The translations under genes and the position numbers were made by a program. A DNA stretch of 49,016 nt from a virus: the IMG/VR virus record IMGVR_UViG_3300045988_021641; one strand, written 5' to 3'. Shown one piece after another: positions 31,740 through 40,765 of the stretch. Under the pieces are notes generated by a model. It made no database searches. It saw only the letters and a program-made list of their open reading frames with translations, and was not told the DNA's origin. How positions within the stretch are numbered: position 1 is the stretch's first letter; each line of letters opens with the position of its first letter.

Positions 31740-33128
31740 TCACTCCTGCTCACCTCCTTCCTCGTCAGGCTCGAAGATCGCGGCGATCTCCTCGCGCGGT
31801 AGCTCTCGGCCTTGACGGACGCAGCGCACGGTTGTCTTTCCTGTTATTCTGATGTACCTCTTGACGATCACGTCCGTGAAGGCGGGCGTCAGCTCCATGA
31901 TGTAGGAGGGCTGCCCGTATGCCTCGCAGGCGGCCAGCGTCGTGCCGGAGCCGCCGAAGGGATCATAGACGCCCGTGGCGAAGTCCGTGTTGTCGACCAG
32001 CTTCTCCAGCAGCTCGACGGGCTTCTGTGTTGGGTGCAGCTCATTCCCGGAGCGGGAGATGCTCAGGACGTTGCCGTAGCCCTTGTGGCCGTCGAAGTGG
32101 GTGGCAGCCTTGGCGCCGAACAGAATGAGCTCATGCTGCGAGCGCCAGCCGACGCCCATGCCCGGCGTGCCCTTGTCCCATACGATCTCAGACTTGACGC
32201 CGAAGCCGGCCGCCTCGACGAGGTCGAACAGATATACCCACATACGCCAGTCGGTGAAGATGTAGGCGTAGAGGCAGGGGATGTCGGTGAGCGCGCCGCG
32301 GATCAGGTTTTGGTAGCCGCGCGTGCTGAGGATGTCGTTGGCGATCTTCGGGGCCTTGCCGTTCTTTCTCTCGGTGCCGATGCTGCCGGTCGACTTCTGC
32401 GACTCCTTGCTGCCGCCTGAGCAGTATGGCGGGTCGGTCAGCAGGATCTCGGGCTTGTTGCCGTCGAGCAGCAGGGCGCGATCCTCCGGCCGGGTGCAGT
32501 CTCCGCAGAGGACGCGGTGCCGGCCGAGGATCCAGAGGTCGCCGTACTGTGTGACCGGCGCGGCCGGGGCCGGGATCTCGGCGTCGGGGTCGCTGCTCGG
32601 CTCCTTGGTGTGCAGCGCCTCAGAGAGGGCCGTCACGATGTTGCCGTAGTCGTCCTCGGTGTAGCCGCTGAGCATGAACGGGATCTCGCCGGTGTCGATG
32701 TCGGCGAAAACCTCGGCGAGCATCTTGTTGTCAGTGGTGGCGAGCTCCGCGATGCGGTTGTCTGCCGTCAGATCGGCCAGCTCCTCAGCCTCGCTTGCGT
32801 AGTCCTGATAGTCGACCGGGGCGTCGGTCAGGTCGTCGAGCTGCGCGGCCATGAGACGGCCGCAGCCCTTTGTGACGAGCCCGCTGCGCTTGCTGACAGT
32901 GATCGGAGCACGCCAGCCGGTCGCCCGGATGATAGAGGCGAGGAGCTTGATCTGCTCCGGCGGGTGCTGGTTGGGGTTCTTTGGGTTGGGCCGCAGATCC
33001 TTCAGCGGGACGATGGCGTCGTGTGCACAGAACACAGGGACGCTGCCGGCGTATGCCTTTGGCGTGGCCGTGGTGCTGTACTCCTCAATCTCGGGGCCGG
33101 TCTGCGGCTGCGGTTTGTCTTTTGCCAT
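31740..33128 (-). CDS. ParB/Srx-like nuclease domain fused to an N6A/N4C DNA methyltransferase (462 aa)
   Basis: N-terminal ParB-like region (LRPNPKNPNQHPPEQI). Catalytic DPPY (ILLTDPPYCSGG). C-terminal SAM-binding site DPFGGSGTT. Confidence 0.88.
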   Translation of the reverse strand: MAKDKPQPQTGPEIEEYSTTATPKAYAGSVPVFCAHDAIVPLKDLRPNPKNPNQHPPEQIKLLASIIRATGWRAPITVSKRSGLVTKGCGRLMAAQLDDLTDAPVDYQDYASEAEELADLTADNRIAELATTDNKMLAEVFADIDTGEIPFMLSGYTEDDYGNIVTALSEALHTKEPSSDPDAEIPAPAAPVTQYGDLWILGRHRVLCGDCTRPEDRALLLDGNKPEILLTDPPYCSGGSKESQKSTGSIGTERKNGKAPKIANDILSTRGYQNLIRGALTDIPCLYAYIFTDWRMWVYLFDLVEAAGFGVKSEIVWDKGTPGMGVGWRSQHELILFGAKAATHFDGHKGYGNVLSISRSGNELHPTQKPVELLEKLVDNTDFATGVYDPFGGSGTTLAACEAYGQPSYIMELTPAFTDVIVKRYIRITGKTTVRCVRQGRELPREEIAAIFEPDEEGGEQE

Positions 33129-33312
33129 GTTTGCCTCCTTTCAGCCTTCCGCTCCCTCCGCAGAGGTCGCAGGCGACTCGCGTGTCCTCGACGCGGACGG
33201 TCGGCCCGTTGATGTACCTCGCCATCTGCATCGCTTTTACTTTTCCAGATCCGAGGCATTTGGGGCAGACGCCCCCGGCTGTGATGCCGGTGTTTATGAT
33301 GATCTCATTCAC
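33085..33312 (-). CDS. Small DnaJ-type zinc-finger protein (about 75 aa, GTG start)
   Basis: Two CxxCxGxG motifs (CPKCLGSG, CDLCGGSG). AGAGGAGG plus 8 nt then GTG. Overlaps its neighbours. Confidence 0.5.
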   Translation of the reverse strand: MNEIIINTGITAGGVCPKCLGSGKVKAMQMARYINGPTVRVEDTRVACDLCGGSGRLKGGKHGKRQTAAADRPRD

Positions 33313-33568
33313 GGGCTCTGCCTCCTCTCTTGAACTGCCCGGCCTGCGGGCAGGTGGCCCAGTGTGGCCGGTATCCGGCGTCTGTGGTCTCAGCTCCGGG
33401 CACAATCTCGCAGCTCACGACCTCGCCCCGGGTGGTGACGATCTTGTCCTTCCCGCCGGGCGCCGCCTTATAGTAGACCGGCGCCGGATCGCACGGCATG
33501 GCCTTCCCGGCCGGTGTCTTGATCCAGACGATTGGAGCGCCGCAGCCCCGGCAGGTTGCTTTATTCAT
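33305..33568 (-). CDS. Small zinc-ribbon protein (87 aa)
   Basis: CRGCGAPIVW...C..., with ATGA coupling to the upstream gene. Confidence 0.6.
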   Translation of the reverse strand: MNKATCRGCGAPIVWIKTPAGKAMPCDPAPVYYKAAPGGKDKIVTTRGEVVSCEIVPGAETTDAGYRPHWATCPQAGQFKRGGRARE

Positions 33569-33906
33569 TGGCTGCGCCCCCTTTCTGCCTCGCGGATCAT
33601 TCCGTTTTCGACGTATCTGGTGTGCAGCCTTCCGGCCAGCCGTTCCAATTTTGCCTCCTCGATCTCCTCGGTGGAGCGGTGGAAGATGATGCGGAGCTGG
33701 TCGAGCATGATCTGGACGTCTGCCATCTCCTCGACCGCGTTCTCGAGCGCGGCCGCGACTTCCGCTGCGCAGCTCGCGCGCTTCACCTTGCAGATGGCCT
33801 TTGTCAGCTCGGCCATTTCCTCGACGGCCATGTCCATTTGTGCCGGTTCCCCGTAGAGCCTGATTGCGTGCTCCAGCAGGGCCCGGCGTGCTTCTGCGTC
33901 CATCAT
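33565..33906 (-). CDS. MazG-like nucleotide pyrophosphohydrolase (113 aa)
   Basis: EExxE-type motifs AVEEMAELTKAI and ENAVEEMADVQIMLDQL. Internal ATG with an AAAGGAG RBS. Confidence 0.65.
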   Translation of the reverse strand: MMDAEARRALLEHAIRLYGEPAQMDMAVEEMAELTKAICKVKRASCAAEVAAALENAVEEMADVQIMLDQLRIIFHRSTEEIEEAKLERLAGRLHTRYVENGMIREAERGRSQ

Positions 33907-34121
33907 TTGCAGGCTCCTTTCAGCAGCTCGCAGCAGAGCACGACCACGAGGCAGATCAGCAGGATCCCGACGGCGATGACGGCCGGGATCCAGAGCGGGG
34001 CCAGTACCCACAGCCAGCTCCAGTTGATGACGCCGGTGAGCTTCAGGACGATGAAGGTGACGGCGAGAAGGCCGCAGAAGCCGATCCCGCCAGCCGTCGT
34101 GTTGTTTCTTTCGTTGTTCAT
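33903..34121 (-). CDS. Small multi-TM membrane protein (72 aa)
   Basis: Almost entirely hydrophobic (GIGFCGLLAVTFIVL..., LWVLAPLWIPAVIAVGILLICLVVVL). Confidence 0.6.
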   Translation of the reverse strand: MNNERNNTTAGGIGFCGLLAVTFIVLKLTGVINWSWLWVLAPLWIPAVIAVGILLICLVVVLCCELLKGACK

Positions 34122-34136
34122 GTATTACCTCCAGTA

Positions 34137-34913
34137 TTATTTTCCGAGCCCCTTCAGCGCGCAGGCTGTGCAGGCGGTTCGGACGTCGGGCTCCAGTGCA
34201 AGGATCCGGCGGGCCGTGTCTGTCTGCCAGCACTCAGCGCCACAGACGGGGCAGGTGGTGAGCTGCCAGTCGTCCGTCGGAGGCTCCGGGACGTTATCGC
34301 GCAGCGGCATGGCGAGGATCCCGCCGTCTCCGGGCTGGTGGGGCGAGAGGATGGGCTCAGGCTCGTCGTGGATCATGGTGTCGAGGAGCTCGTTGTACTT
34401 CTTGAATATGGCCTCCGACGCTGTGCTCCAGCTCTCGCCGTGCTCCGTGTCCTCCGGGGTGGCGACGTGGGCCAGCTCGTGCGCCAGCAGCTCAGGGGCG
34501 GCGCTGATGGGCGCCTCGGCCGAGATGTAGACGATCGGCGTGCTGCCGTCGTCGGGAAAGATGGTCAGGCCGTAGGCGGTGCCGTTGGTCTCGTCCCGCA
34601 GGTCGGGGACGTACTGCGCGACGTACTCGACGCCGGGGTAGAGCTCAGAGAAGGCCCGGGCCACGATGGCCGTCGGGTCGTTGATGAAGGGCGAGGCCAT
34701 CGGGCCGATCTTCTCGTACTGCTTCAGGGCCGTGTAGGTCTCGCGCAGCATGGCCCGCACTTCGTCCTTCTTGATGCCGTTGATGGTGGGCCCGTTCAGG
34801 ATCAGGTCGAGCATCCTGTCGCTCCAGTCCTGCATCAGGTGGGTCTCCGGCATACCGCAGCCGAAGGGCACGACGTCGACCTTCTCACGGGTGAGGGTTT
34901 CGTATTCTTTCAC
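34137..34913 (-). CDS. Putative HExxH metallopeptidase-like protein with a C-terminal Cys4 zinc ribbon (258 aa)
   Basis: LLAHELAHV motif. C-terminal CPVCGAEC...CTAC. GTG start at 34913 with AAAGGAG plus 7 nt. Confidence 0.55.
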   Translation of the reverse strand: MKEYETLTREKVDVVPFGCGMPETHLMQDWSDRMLDLILNGPTINGIKKDEVRAMLRETYTALKQYEKIGPMASPFINDPTAIVARAFSELYPGVEYVAQYVPDLRDETNGTAYGLTIFPDDGSTPIVYISAEAPISAAPELLAHELAHVATPEDTEHGESWSTASEAIFKKYNELLDTMIHDEPEPILSPHQPGDGGILAMPLRDNVPEPPTDDWQLTTCPVCGAECWQTDTARRILALEPDVRTACTACALKGLGK

Positions 34914-34967
34914 GGTGCTGCTCCTTTCAGAAAAGCCGAGCGGGCCGGAGCCCGCCCGGCGCTCCAT

Positions 34968-35681
34968 TTACTGCATGACGACGACCTTGCCGGCGTCGAT
35001 CAGATCGCCCATGTTCTTCAGGAAGTAGTCGGCGATGTTCTTCTTGGCCTCGAGCTTCCAGATGCCGCCGTCAGCCTCGAAGAAGCCGATCCCCTCGTCG
35101 GGATCCACGCGCAGCAGGAACTCGCTCTCGGGCTGCTCCACCTCGAGGAAGGTGCGGAACGGCCGCAGCATGACGCGGGGCTTGATCTCGACGACCGCGT
35201 TGAGGGCGACGCCCTGACGTGCCTCGACGGTCTGCGTGACGCCGTTGTCGTTGGTGCTGACGCTGTTCTCGTTGGTCATGCGACTCAGCAGGTCGAGCAG
35301 GTAGGCCGTGCCCTCGTTGGGGATGCAGAGGCTCCGCAGCTCGATCAGAGCTACCTCGCGTCCCCTGAAGCCGGTGCGCAGGCCCGGGGCGTCAGCCTTG
35401 GCGCGGTAGAGCGTGTTGCGGGAGAAGTCGCTCAGGTAGGTGGTCATCACCTCGACGGTGTCGTTGCTCTTGACCTGCACCATGATGGTCGTGCCGACCT
35501 TCTCGAGCTCGGTGCGGATCAGCTTGCAGATGCTATCGAGTCCGCTGACGCTGATGCAGTCAGGGCGGTCGACGTGCGGCGGGATGCGGGTGAGTGATGC
35601 GTCGGCGTAGGTCTGGCCGTCAATCTCGAAGATCTTGGTCTCCTTCAGGCTGACGATTTTGTCGATCATTTTTGCTAGCAT
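34968..35681 (-). CDS. Hypothetical early protein (237 aa)
   Basis: Clean ORF; no family recognised with confidence. Confidence 0.65.
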   Translation of the reverse strand: MLAKMIDKIVSLKETKIFEIDGQTYADASLTRIPPHVDRPDCISVSGLDSICKLIRTELEKVGTTIMVQVKSNDTVEVMTTYLSDFSRNTLYRAKADAPGLRTGFRGREVALIELRSLCIPNEGTAYLLDLLSRMTNENSVSTNDNGVTQTVEARQGVALNAVVEIKPRVMLRPFRTFLEVEQPESEFLLRVDPDEGIGFFEADGGIWKLEAKKNIADYFLKNMGDLIDAGKVVVMQ

Positions 35682-35714
35682 TGTGTTGTCCTCCTTGTTC
35701 TGTGTTGTGGGTGT

Positions 35715-36086
35715 TTATCCGTGCTGGACGAGCTTCAGGAGCTTCGGGGCCTCCTGTTGCGTGCCGTCCATGTTCATTTGGCCGGGCACCTGCGGCACCA
35801 TCTCGGCGACGACGAGCTCGCCGTTGCCGTCAGAGGTGACATAGAGGGCCGTGGCGACGGGGTTGGTGGCCGCGAGCGTAGACTTGGCCGTCACGGAGAC
35901 GCCGATGGTGCGGCGCTCGTCGTCCGGGGTCAGCTCGATGGTGAGGGTGATCTTGCGCTTGGCCGTGGCCTTCGTGTTGGGGTCGAGGATGTTCTGGATC
36001 ACCTTGTCCATCTCATAGTCGACGCGCTCCTCGAAGGCGCCGCGGGCCATCGACATGATGCTGTCGCGCTGGTTCTGTTCGTTCAT
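35715..36086 (-). CDS. Hypothetical early protein (123 aa)
   Basis: Internal ATG with an AAAGGAG RBS and ATGA coupling with the upstream ORF. Confidence 0.6.
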   Translation of the reverse strand: MNEQNQRDSIMSMARGAFEERVDYEMDKVIQNILDPNTKATAKRKITLTIELTPDDERRTIGVSVTAKSTLAATNPVATALYVTSDGNGELVVAEMVPQVPGQMNMDGTQQEAPKLLKLVQHG

Positions 36087-36349
36087 GGGGTTGCTCCTTT
36101 CTCTTTGTCTCCGGCCGTTCCGTACTTCTCGAGCGTGTCCTTCAGGGCGCCCGCAATACACTCGGCCATGACTGTCGCGGTTTTGGTTTCGCTGCTCTTG
36201 GCAGCCTGTTCAATGGCTGCGTGGATCTCGTCGGGCTCATAGCCCGTGTTCTCATAGGCGGCGAGCTTCTGGACGAGCACCTCCTTGGTGGCTGCGCTCC
36301 AGTAGCCCGTCTTGATGCCGTTGACTCTCTCGTGGGTCAGACGTTCCAT
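36083..36349 (-). CDS. Hypothetical protein (88 aa)
   Basis: ORF with a GAGGAGGG RBS. Confidence 0.6.
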   Translation of the reverse strand: MERLTHERVNGIKTGYWSAATKEVLVQKLAAYENTGYEPDEIHAAIEQAAKSSETKTATVMAECIAGALKDTLEKYGTAGDKEKGATP

Positions 36350-36362
36350 GCTGGCCCTCCTC

Positions 36363-36731
36363 TCAGGTGGCCGATCCGAGCGTCATCTGCTCGGCCTCGG
36401 TCGGGTTGTCTGCGTAGGCTGCGGCCGTCTGGCCCGTGGGGCCTGAAGGCTCCGCTCTTGCCCACACGGCCTCGGTGGCGTCCGAGCGGGTGGCCTTACG
36501 GCGGCCGACCGTCGTGAGGATCCCGATCTCCTTCAGCTCTGTGAGCCGAGGGGCGACGTAGTTGCGGTTGAAGTACGGGATCCGGCCGGCTGCGACGAGC
36601 TCCTCAGTGATCTCGCTGGCCGTGAGCTCACGGTTGCCGAGGGTCTCGAGGATCAGGCGGCAGCGGGCGGCCCGCTTGGGGAGTACGGCGTCATAGCTGC
36701 GGCGCCGGGTCTCTTTGGTTGTCTGGTTCAT
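36363..36731 (-). CDS. Winged-helix DNA-binding protein (122 aa)
   Basis: RLILETLGNRELTASEITEEL...VAPRLTELKEIGILTTVGRR is MarR/ArsR-like wHTH. Confidence 0.62.
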   Translation of the reverse strand: MNQTTKETRRRSYDAVLPKRAARCRLILETLGNRELTASEITEELVAAGRIPYFNRNYVAPRLTELKEIGILTTVGRRKATRSDATEAVWARAEPSGPTGQTAAAYADNPTEAEQMTLGSAT

Positions 36732-37335
36732 GTGTTTCCTCCTTTCCGGCCAGCTCGACGCTGTCGGCTGGCGCGTCCTTGACTTCAGGCGTCGGCGCTT
36801 CGTTGCCCCACACGTCCCATCCCGGGGCAGCCTCTCGGGCGAAAAGCTCGATACGGGGCAGGTCTCCCATCAGCTCGACGATCCTGTCGCGGATTTCGGC
36901 CGGCTTTCTGCTGTGCCGCTGGAGCGGGGAGAGGACGATGCTGCGGACGCTGCCGCTGATGCGCTTCGGCTTGCCCTTGGTCGCCAGCAGGCAGATCTCT
37001 GAGTTGCTGCGCGTCCAGTTTCCGAGCCCCATGAAGATGCCGGTGCCGTTTCTGTTCTGCTTTACCCAGTTGAAGGCGACGGTCTTGTAGCTGAAGCCCC
37101 ACGCCTCGATCACGTCGAGAGCCTCGCGGAGCATGGGGAAGGTCGCCCACATGAAAAGCACGCAATCCTCGTTAGCAATACCCCCCCCCGCAGCTCCGAC
37201 GCCCATGCGCTTGATGTCCTCGATGGTCATGGTGTCGTAGTGCTTGGAGGCCGCCGCTCTGGTGCCGCGGTTCTGATAGCTCCACGGAGGATCGGCGTAG
37301 ATGATGCTGTACTTCTTGTCAGGGAGTGGGATCAT
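36691..37335 (-). CDS. MT-A70 family N6-adenine DNA methyltransferase (214 aa)
   Basis: DPPW catalytic motif (IIYADPPWSY) and WGF...W.K core. Contains the G9 coding-strand homopolymer. Confidence 0.88.
   Translation of the reverse strand: MIPLPDKKYSIIYADPPWSYQNRGTRAAASKHYDTMTIEDIKRMGVGAAGGGIANEDCVLFMWATFPMLREALDVIEAWGFSYKTVAFNWVKQNRNGTGIFMGLGNWTRSNSEICLLATKGKPKRISGSVRSIVLSPLQRHSRKPAEIRDRIVELMGDLPRIELFAREAAPGWDVWGNEAPTPEVKDAPADSVELAGKEETHEPDNQRDPAPQL
37181..37189. repeat. C9/G9 homopolymer inside the MT-A70 methylase ORF
   Basis: Nine consecutive C on the plus strand, coding ...GAAGGGI... in frame. Confidence 0.95.
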
Positions 37336-37936
37336 GGGCGTCCTCCTTTCCGAGCGTTTCCGACTCGATGCCGTGCAGGAACTTGATGAAGCCGGCCGTC
37401 GCCGGTACTTCGTAGTGGGAGAGCTCTGCGTGCGTCATGTACTTGCGGCCGTAGATCTCGGCCATATTGCGCCAGACGGGCCACGGCACGCGGTAGAAGT
37501 CTGTCAGGCTCACGGAGACGAGCACGAAGGCGATGGCGCCGAGCTTGTGATGGGCCTCGAGGTCGTCCTGCTGCTCTTGAGTGAGCCGGCGCTGCTCGAT
37601 GCGCTCGTCGTCGGTGTGCTTGGCCTCGAAGTAGATGCTCCGGCCGCCCTTCAGGGTGCCGCCATAGTCCGGCTGGGCCTGCTTGGTGTAGCAGGCGAGG
37701 AACTGGCCCTTGCGGTTCTTGGCGCCGAGGGGCTTCATGGGCTCCGGCGTCTTTTCGATCTTGGCGAGGCCGCGGCTGAGGTAGTAGTCGCACGAGGCCG
37801 AGATGATATTCTCGAAGTAGCCGCCGGCGACTCTGGCCTGCTTGCCGCGGATCTGCGCCATCATGTGTTTTTCGGCTGCGTATGGCGTCGGGTCGTTGTA
37901 GCCCTCCGCGTTCTTTCTCGGGTCGTACTTCGTCAC
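37319..37936 (-). CDS. RecU-like Holliday junction resolvase (205 aa)
   Basis: PDYGGTLKGGRSIYFEAKHT...QQDDLEAHHKLGAIAFVLV resembles the RecU/PBP-related factor A core. Confidence 0.72.
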   Translation of the reverse strand: MTKYDPRKNAEGYNDPTPYAAEKHMMAQIRGKQARVAGGYFENIISASCDYYLSRGLAKIEKTPEPMKPLGAKNRKGQFLACYTKQAQPDYGGTLKGGRSIYFEAKHTDDERIEQRRLTQEQQDDLEAHHKLGAIAFVLVSVSLTDFYRVPWPVWRNMAEIYGRKYMTHAELSHYEVPATAGFIKFLHGIESETLGKEDAHDPTP

Positions 37937-37941
37937 GGCGT

Positions 37942-38472
37942 TCAGCCTCCGATCTCGATGTGGACGCCCGGATCGGAGATCAGGCGGTCGGCGAGCTCGA
38001 GGATGACGCTGCCATCCAGCTCGATGCTGATGGGGCCGTGGTCGAGGTGCTGGTTGCAGACTGCCATCGCCCTGAAGGCGGGCAGGTGCAACGTGACGCT
38101 GCCGATGTCCGGCTTGTCCTCCTCGCTGTTTTCCAGCTCCTCGTCAGGCTTCAGCTCGCTGATGGCCTCGAAGCCGTTGCGGACGGGGATGCCGTGCGCC
38201 TTGGCGAGCTCGATCTCCGCGGCCATACCGGCCGAAGGGTGGTCAATGCCGAAGGCCCACAGCTCGGAGCAGCCGAGCACCAGCTCGCTGCCGATCTTCA
38301 GGGCCAGCTCACGCTCCTCGGGGACGTTGTCGTCCATGAACTGCGTGAGATAGATGTGCGGGGTGACGGGGATGACGCCCTTCTCCACAGCCGCGCGGCT
38401 GTACTCCTTGGCGCGCTGGATGTTGTTCTCGTAGTCCCCGCGGCACGGGGAGCAGATGTAAACCTTTTTCAT
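37942..38472 (-). CDS. DUF4406 / nucleoside 2-deoxyribosyltransferase-like protein (176 aa)
   Basis: MKKVYICSPCRGD...IPVTPHIYLTQFMDD...CSELWAFG...SAGMAAEIELA. Internal ATG with a GAAGGAGG RBS. Confidence 0.68.
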   Translation of the reverse strand: MKKVYICSPCRGDYENNIQRAKEYSRAAVEKGVIPVTPHIYLTQFMDDNVPEERELALKIGSELVLGCSELWAFGIDHPSAGMAAEIELAKAHGIPVRNGFEAISELKPDEELENSEEDKPDIGSVTLHLPAFRAMAVCNQHLDHGPISIELDGSVILELADRLISDPGVHIEIGG

Positions 38473-38963
38473 GTTGTTGTGTCCTCCTTCTGGTTCAGGG
38501 CTTTCGCCCATCGTTGTTTGTACTCGGCCGGCGGCTGCTTTGACGGAAAAAGAGAGAGCTGCACGGGCTTGGTGGCGTATCGTTCCTTGTTCCATCGGGG
38601 CTTTCCGGCTTTTGCGGCCTCCAGCGTCCAGCCCGCAGCCCTGAGACTCGTCCCGGGCTCGCTCTGGAGGATGAAGGTGATGATTTTGGCGTAGCCTTCC
38701 CGCTTTGCGCGTCTGGCGCAGGCTGCGTAAAGCGCCGAGCAAGCGTTCCGCGTGCCGTCCGTGCAGAGTCGTGTTACTTCGAGGGTGCTGCCGTTGTCGA
38801 GGTAGCGGCCGGTCGGCCTGCCGACGATTGCGACGCCGCAGAGGCGTCCGTCTTTGTAGGCTGCGAGGCTCCACTTGTGGCCGACGACTTTGCCGTGGTG
38901 CCTGTGCAGCTCCTCGACGTAGGCGTTGGCCTCTCTGAGCGTAGTCTCGCGGATCTCGATCAC
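38469..38963 (-). CDS. GNAT-fold 'XF1762-like' phage protein (164 aa, GTG start)
   Basis: HRHHGKVVGHKWSLAAY.DGRLCGVAIVGRPTGRYLDNGSTLEVTRLCTDGTRNACSALY pattern. GTGA coupling to the dnaC-like gene. Confidence 0.6.
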   Translation of the reverse strand: MIEIRETTLREANAYVEELHRHHGKVVGHKWSLAAYKDGRLCGVAIVGRPTGRYLDNGSTLEVTRLCTDGTRNACSALYAACARRAKREGYAKIITFILQSEPGTSLRAAGWTLEAAKAGKPRWNKERYATKPVQLSLFPSKQPPAEYKQRWAKALNQKEDTTT

Positions 38964-39925
38964 CTGCTGCGCCAGCTCTGGCCGGTGAGGGTGATGCCCC
39001 TGCACATTTCCATGAGCCGGTCGATGGTGGCCCGGGCCGTCATGCTGTCGTGGCTTTCTCGCGGCGTCATGCGGTCGATCAGGGCCTCGGTGTCGTAGTT
39101 GGTGGTCACTATGGTCGGCAGGTATGCCTCATAGCGGCCGTTGATGATGTTGTAGACCGTGGAGATCGCCCACTCGGTCGGCGGCTCCTTGCCGATGTCG
39201 TCGATCACAAGGAGCGGGACGGTCTTGTAGATCTTCAGGACGTCGCTCTCGCTGCCGCCGGTCGTGGAGTAGGTGCGCTTGATGCGCTCCAGCAGGTCGA
39301 TCATCGTCATGCAGATGACCGGCTTGCCTTGCGCGATCAGGTGGTTGGCGATGGCAGCGGCGAGGTGGGTCTTGCCGGTGCCCGGCGGGCCCGCGATAAA
39401 CAGGCCGTTGCGGCCGGGTTCCTGACGGCCGGGCTGCGGCAGCATGGCGTCGAAGCCTTCGGCATAGCGCCGGGCGGCCGCCGCTGCTCGCTTGTTGTCG
39501 TCGGTGAGCTGGAAAGTGGAGAAGGTGCGCCGCAGGAAACGGTCGCCCATGCCTGACTCGCCGACGATGCGCTTGATGCGATCCCGCATTTTCTTCTCCT
39601 CCTCAGCCTTGGCGGCTGCGGCCTCAGCAGCTTCGCGCTCTGCCTTCGCCTTCTCATAGGCAGCCACGGCCTCGGGGCAGGTGCATCGCTCGGCTCCGTA
39701 GGGAGGCCAGAGGATGCGGTTGCCGAGCGGGATGCCCTTGTGGTAGCGCAGGGCGCCGCAGAACTCGCAGGGGACGGGCTCGGGGACTCCGGGACGGCCA
39801 GCGAGGCGCTCGTCGTTGCTCCAGATCCAGTTACCGGCGTCACTCGTCGTCGGCCGGCTTGAAGCCCTTGCCCCAGTCTCGGCCGGAGCTGTCGGGCTGT
39901 TCAGGATCTCGCTGATTTTCTGCAC
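38960..39925 (-). CDS. DnaC/IstB-like AAA+ helicase loader (321 aa, GTG start)
   Basis: Walker A GPPGTGKTHLA and Walker B LLVIDDIG. AGGAGGTG plus 7 nt then GTG. Confidence 0.88.
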   Translation of the reverse strand: MQKISEILNSPTAPAETGARASSRPTTSDAGNWIWSNDERLAGRPGVPEPVPCEFCGALRYHKGIPLGNRILWPPYGAERCTCPEAVAAYEKAKAEREAAEAAAAKAEEEKKMRDRIKRIVGESGMGDRFLRRTFSTFQLTDDNKRAAAAARRYAEGFDAMLPQPGRQEPGRNGLFIAGPPGTGKTHLAAAIANHLIAQGKPVICMTMIDLLERIKRTYSTTGGSESDVLKIYKTVPLLVIDDIGKEPPTEWAISTVYNIINGRYEAYLPTIVTTNYDTEALIDRMTPRESHDSMTARATIDRLMEMCRGITLTGQSWRSR

Positions 39926-40700
39926 CTTCGTTCACCTCCTCGTTGTCCCAGTAGCCGCCGTTGAGCCATGTGCTCGGGTTCGGTATGTAGCGCCCGTTCT
40001 CCCGGCGCCACTGGTCGCTCCGCTTCTGAGCGTCGACCGCCTGCACGATCCTCTCGTGGAGCTCAGCGGTGGGCTTGATCTTGTTCCACGCCTTCAGAGC
40101 GTACTGCTTGCCGGTCTTTTTCGGGTAGGCTTTCCAGAACTCGAGAAATCTGGCCTCGACGAGCGACTTCGTGCCGCTGTCACTCCCCTCGTCAGAGGGG
40201 GAAGGGGGTGTATTACCTTCTCTTGTCTTATCTTCTCTACTCTGGTCTACTCTGCCTCCGGCTTTCTTGCGGCTGTTTGCCGGTCGTCCGGCAGTCGGCG
40301 TTGGGTCGTCCGGCGATGCGTCGGCAGACGCCGCAGCAGCGGCCCGGCGACTGCGGGAGCGCTCTTTCTCGGCTTGCCGCTGGTCGATCAGCTTGCCGGC
40401 GTACTCGTACCAGTCGTGGATCTCGAGCGTCCCGTCCTCTTTTTCGTCGATCCAGCCCGCCCGGATCAGCGTTTTCGCCAGCTTTTCGGGGTCTCCGTCC
40501 CACTGAGCAGCCCGCGAGATCATGCGCGGCGTGATGTCGACGAGGCTGCCGGTCGGGGCGTTGTCGAGGGCCCACAGCCAGAACGAGACGAGCAGCCCCA
40601 TCATGTGCGGCGGCTCGACTTCGAGCTGGTCAGCAGCGTCGAACAGTTTGCGGTGATCCTTGAGTGTCTGATGCACTTGCAGCCATGCCACGGTCGTCAC
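39840..40700 (-). CDS. Replication initiation / replisome organizer protein (286 aa; start at GTG 40700 or 40691)
   Basis: Located upstream of the helicase loader. Two folded domains are separated by a low-complexity basic/acidic linker. Confidence 0.68.
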   Translation of the reverse strand: MTTVAWLQVHQTLKDHRKLFDAADQLEVEPPHMMGLLVSFWLWALDNAPTGSLVDITPRMISRAAQWDGDPEKLAKTLIRAGWIDEKEDGTLEIHDWYEYAGKLIDQRQAEKERSRSRRAAAAASADASPDDPTPTAGRPANSRKKAGGRVDQSREDKTREGNTPPSPSDEGSDSGTKSLVEARFLEFWKAYPKKTGKQYALKAWNKIKPTAELHERIVQAVDAQKRSDQWRRENGRYIPNPSTWLNGGYWDNEEVNEGAENQRDPEQPDSSGRDWGKGFKPADDE

Positions 40701-40765
40701 CTCCTTTCTGTGGTCGTTTGTTTGTGGCCTGCTTTTGGTCGTCTGCCGGTCGTCCGGCGGTCAGG

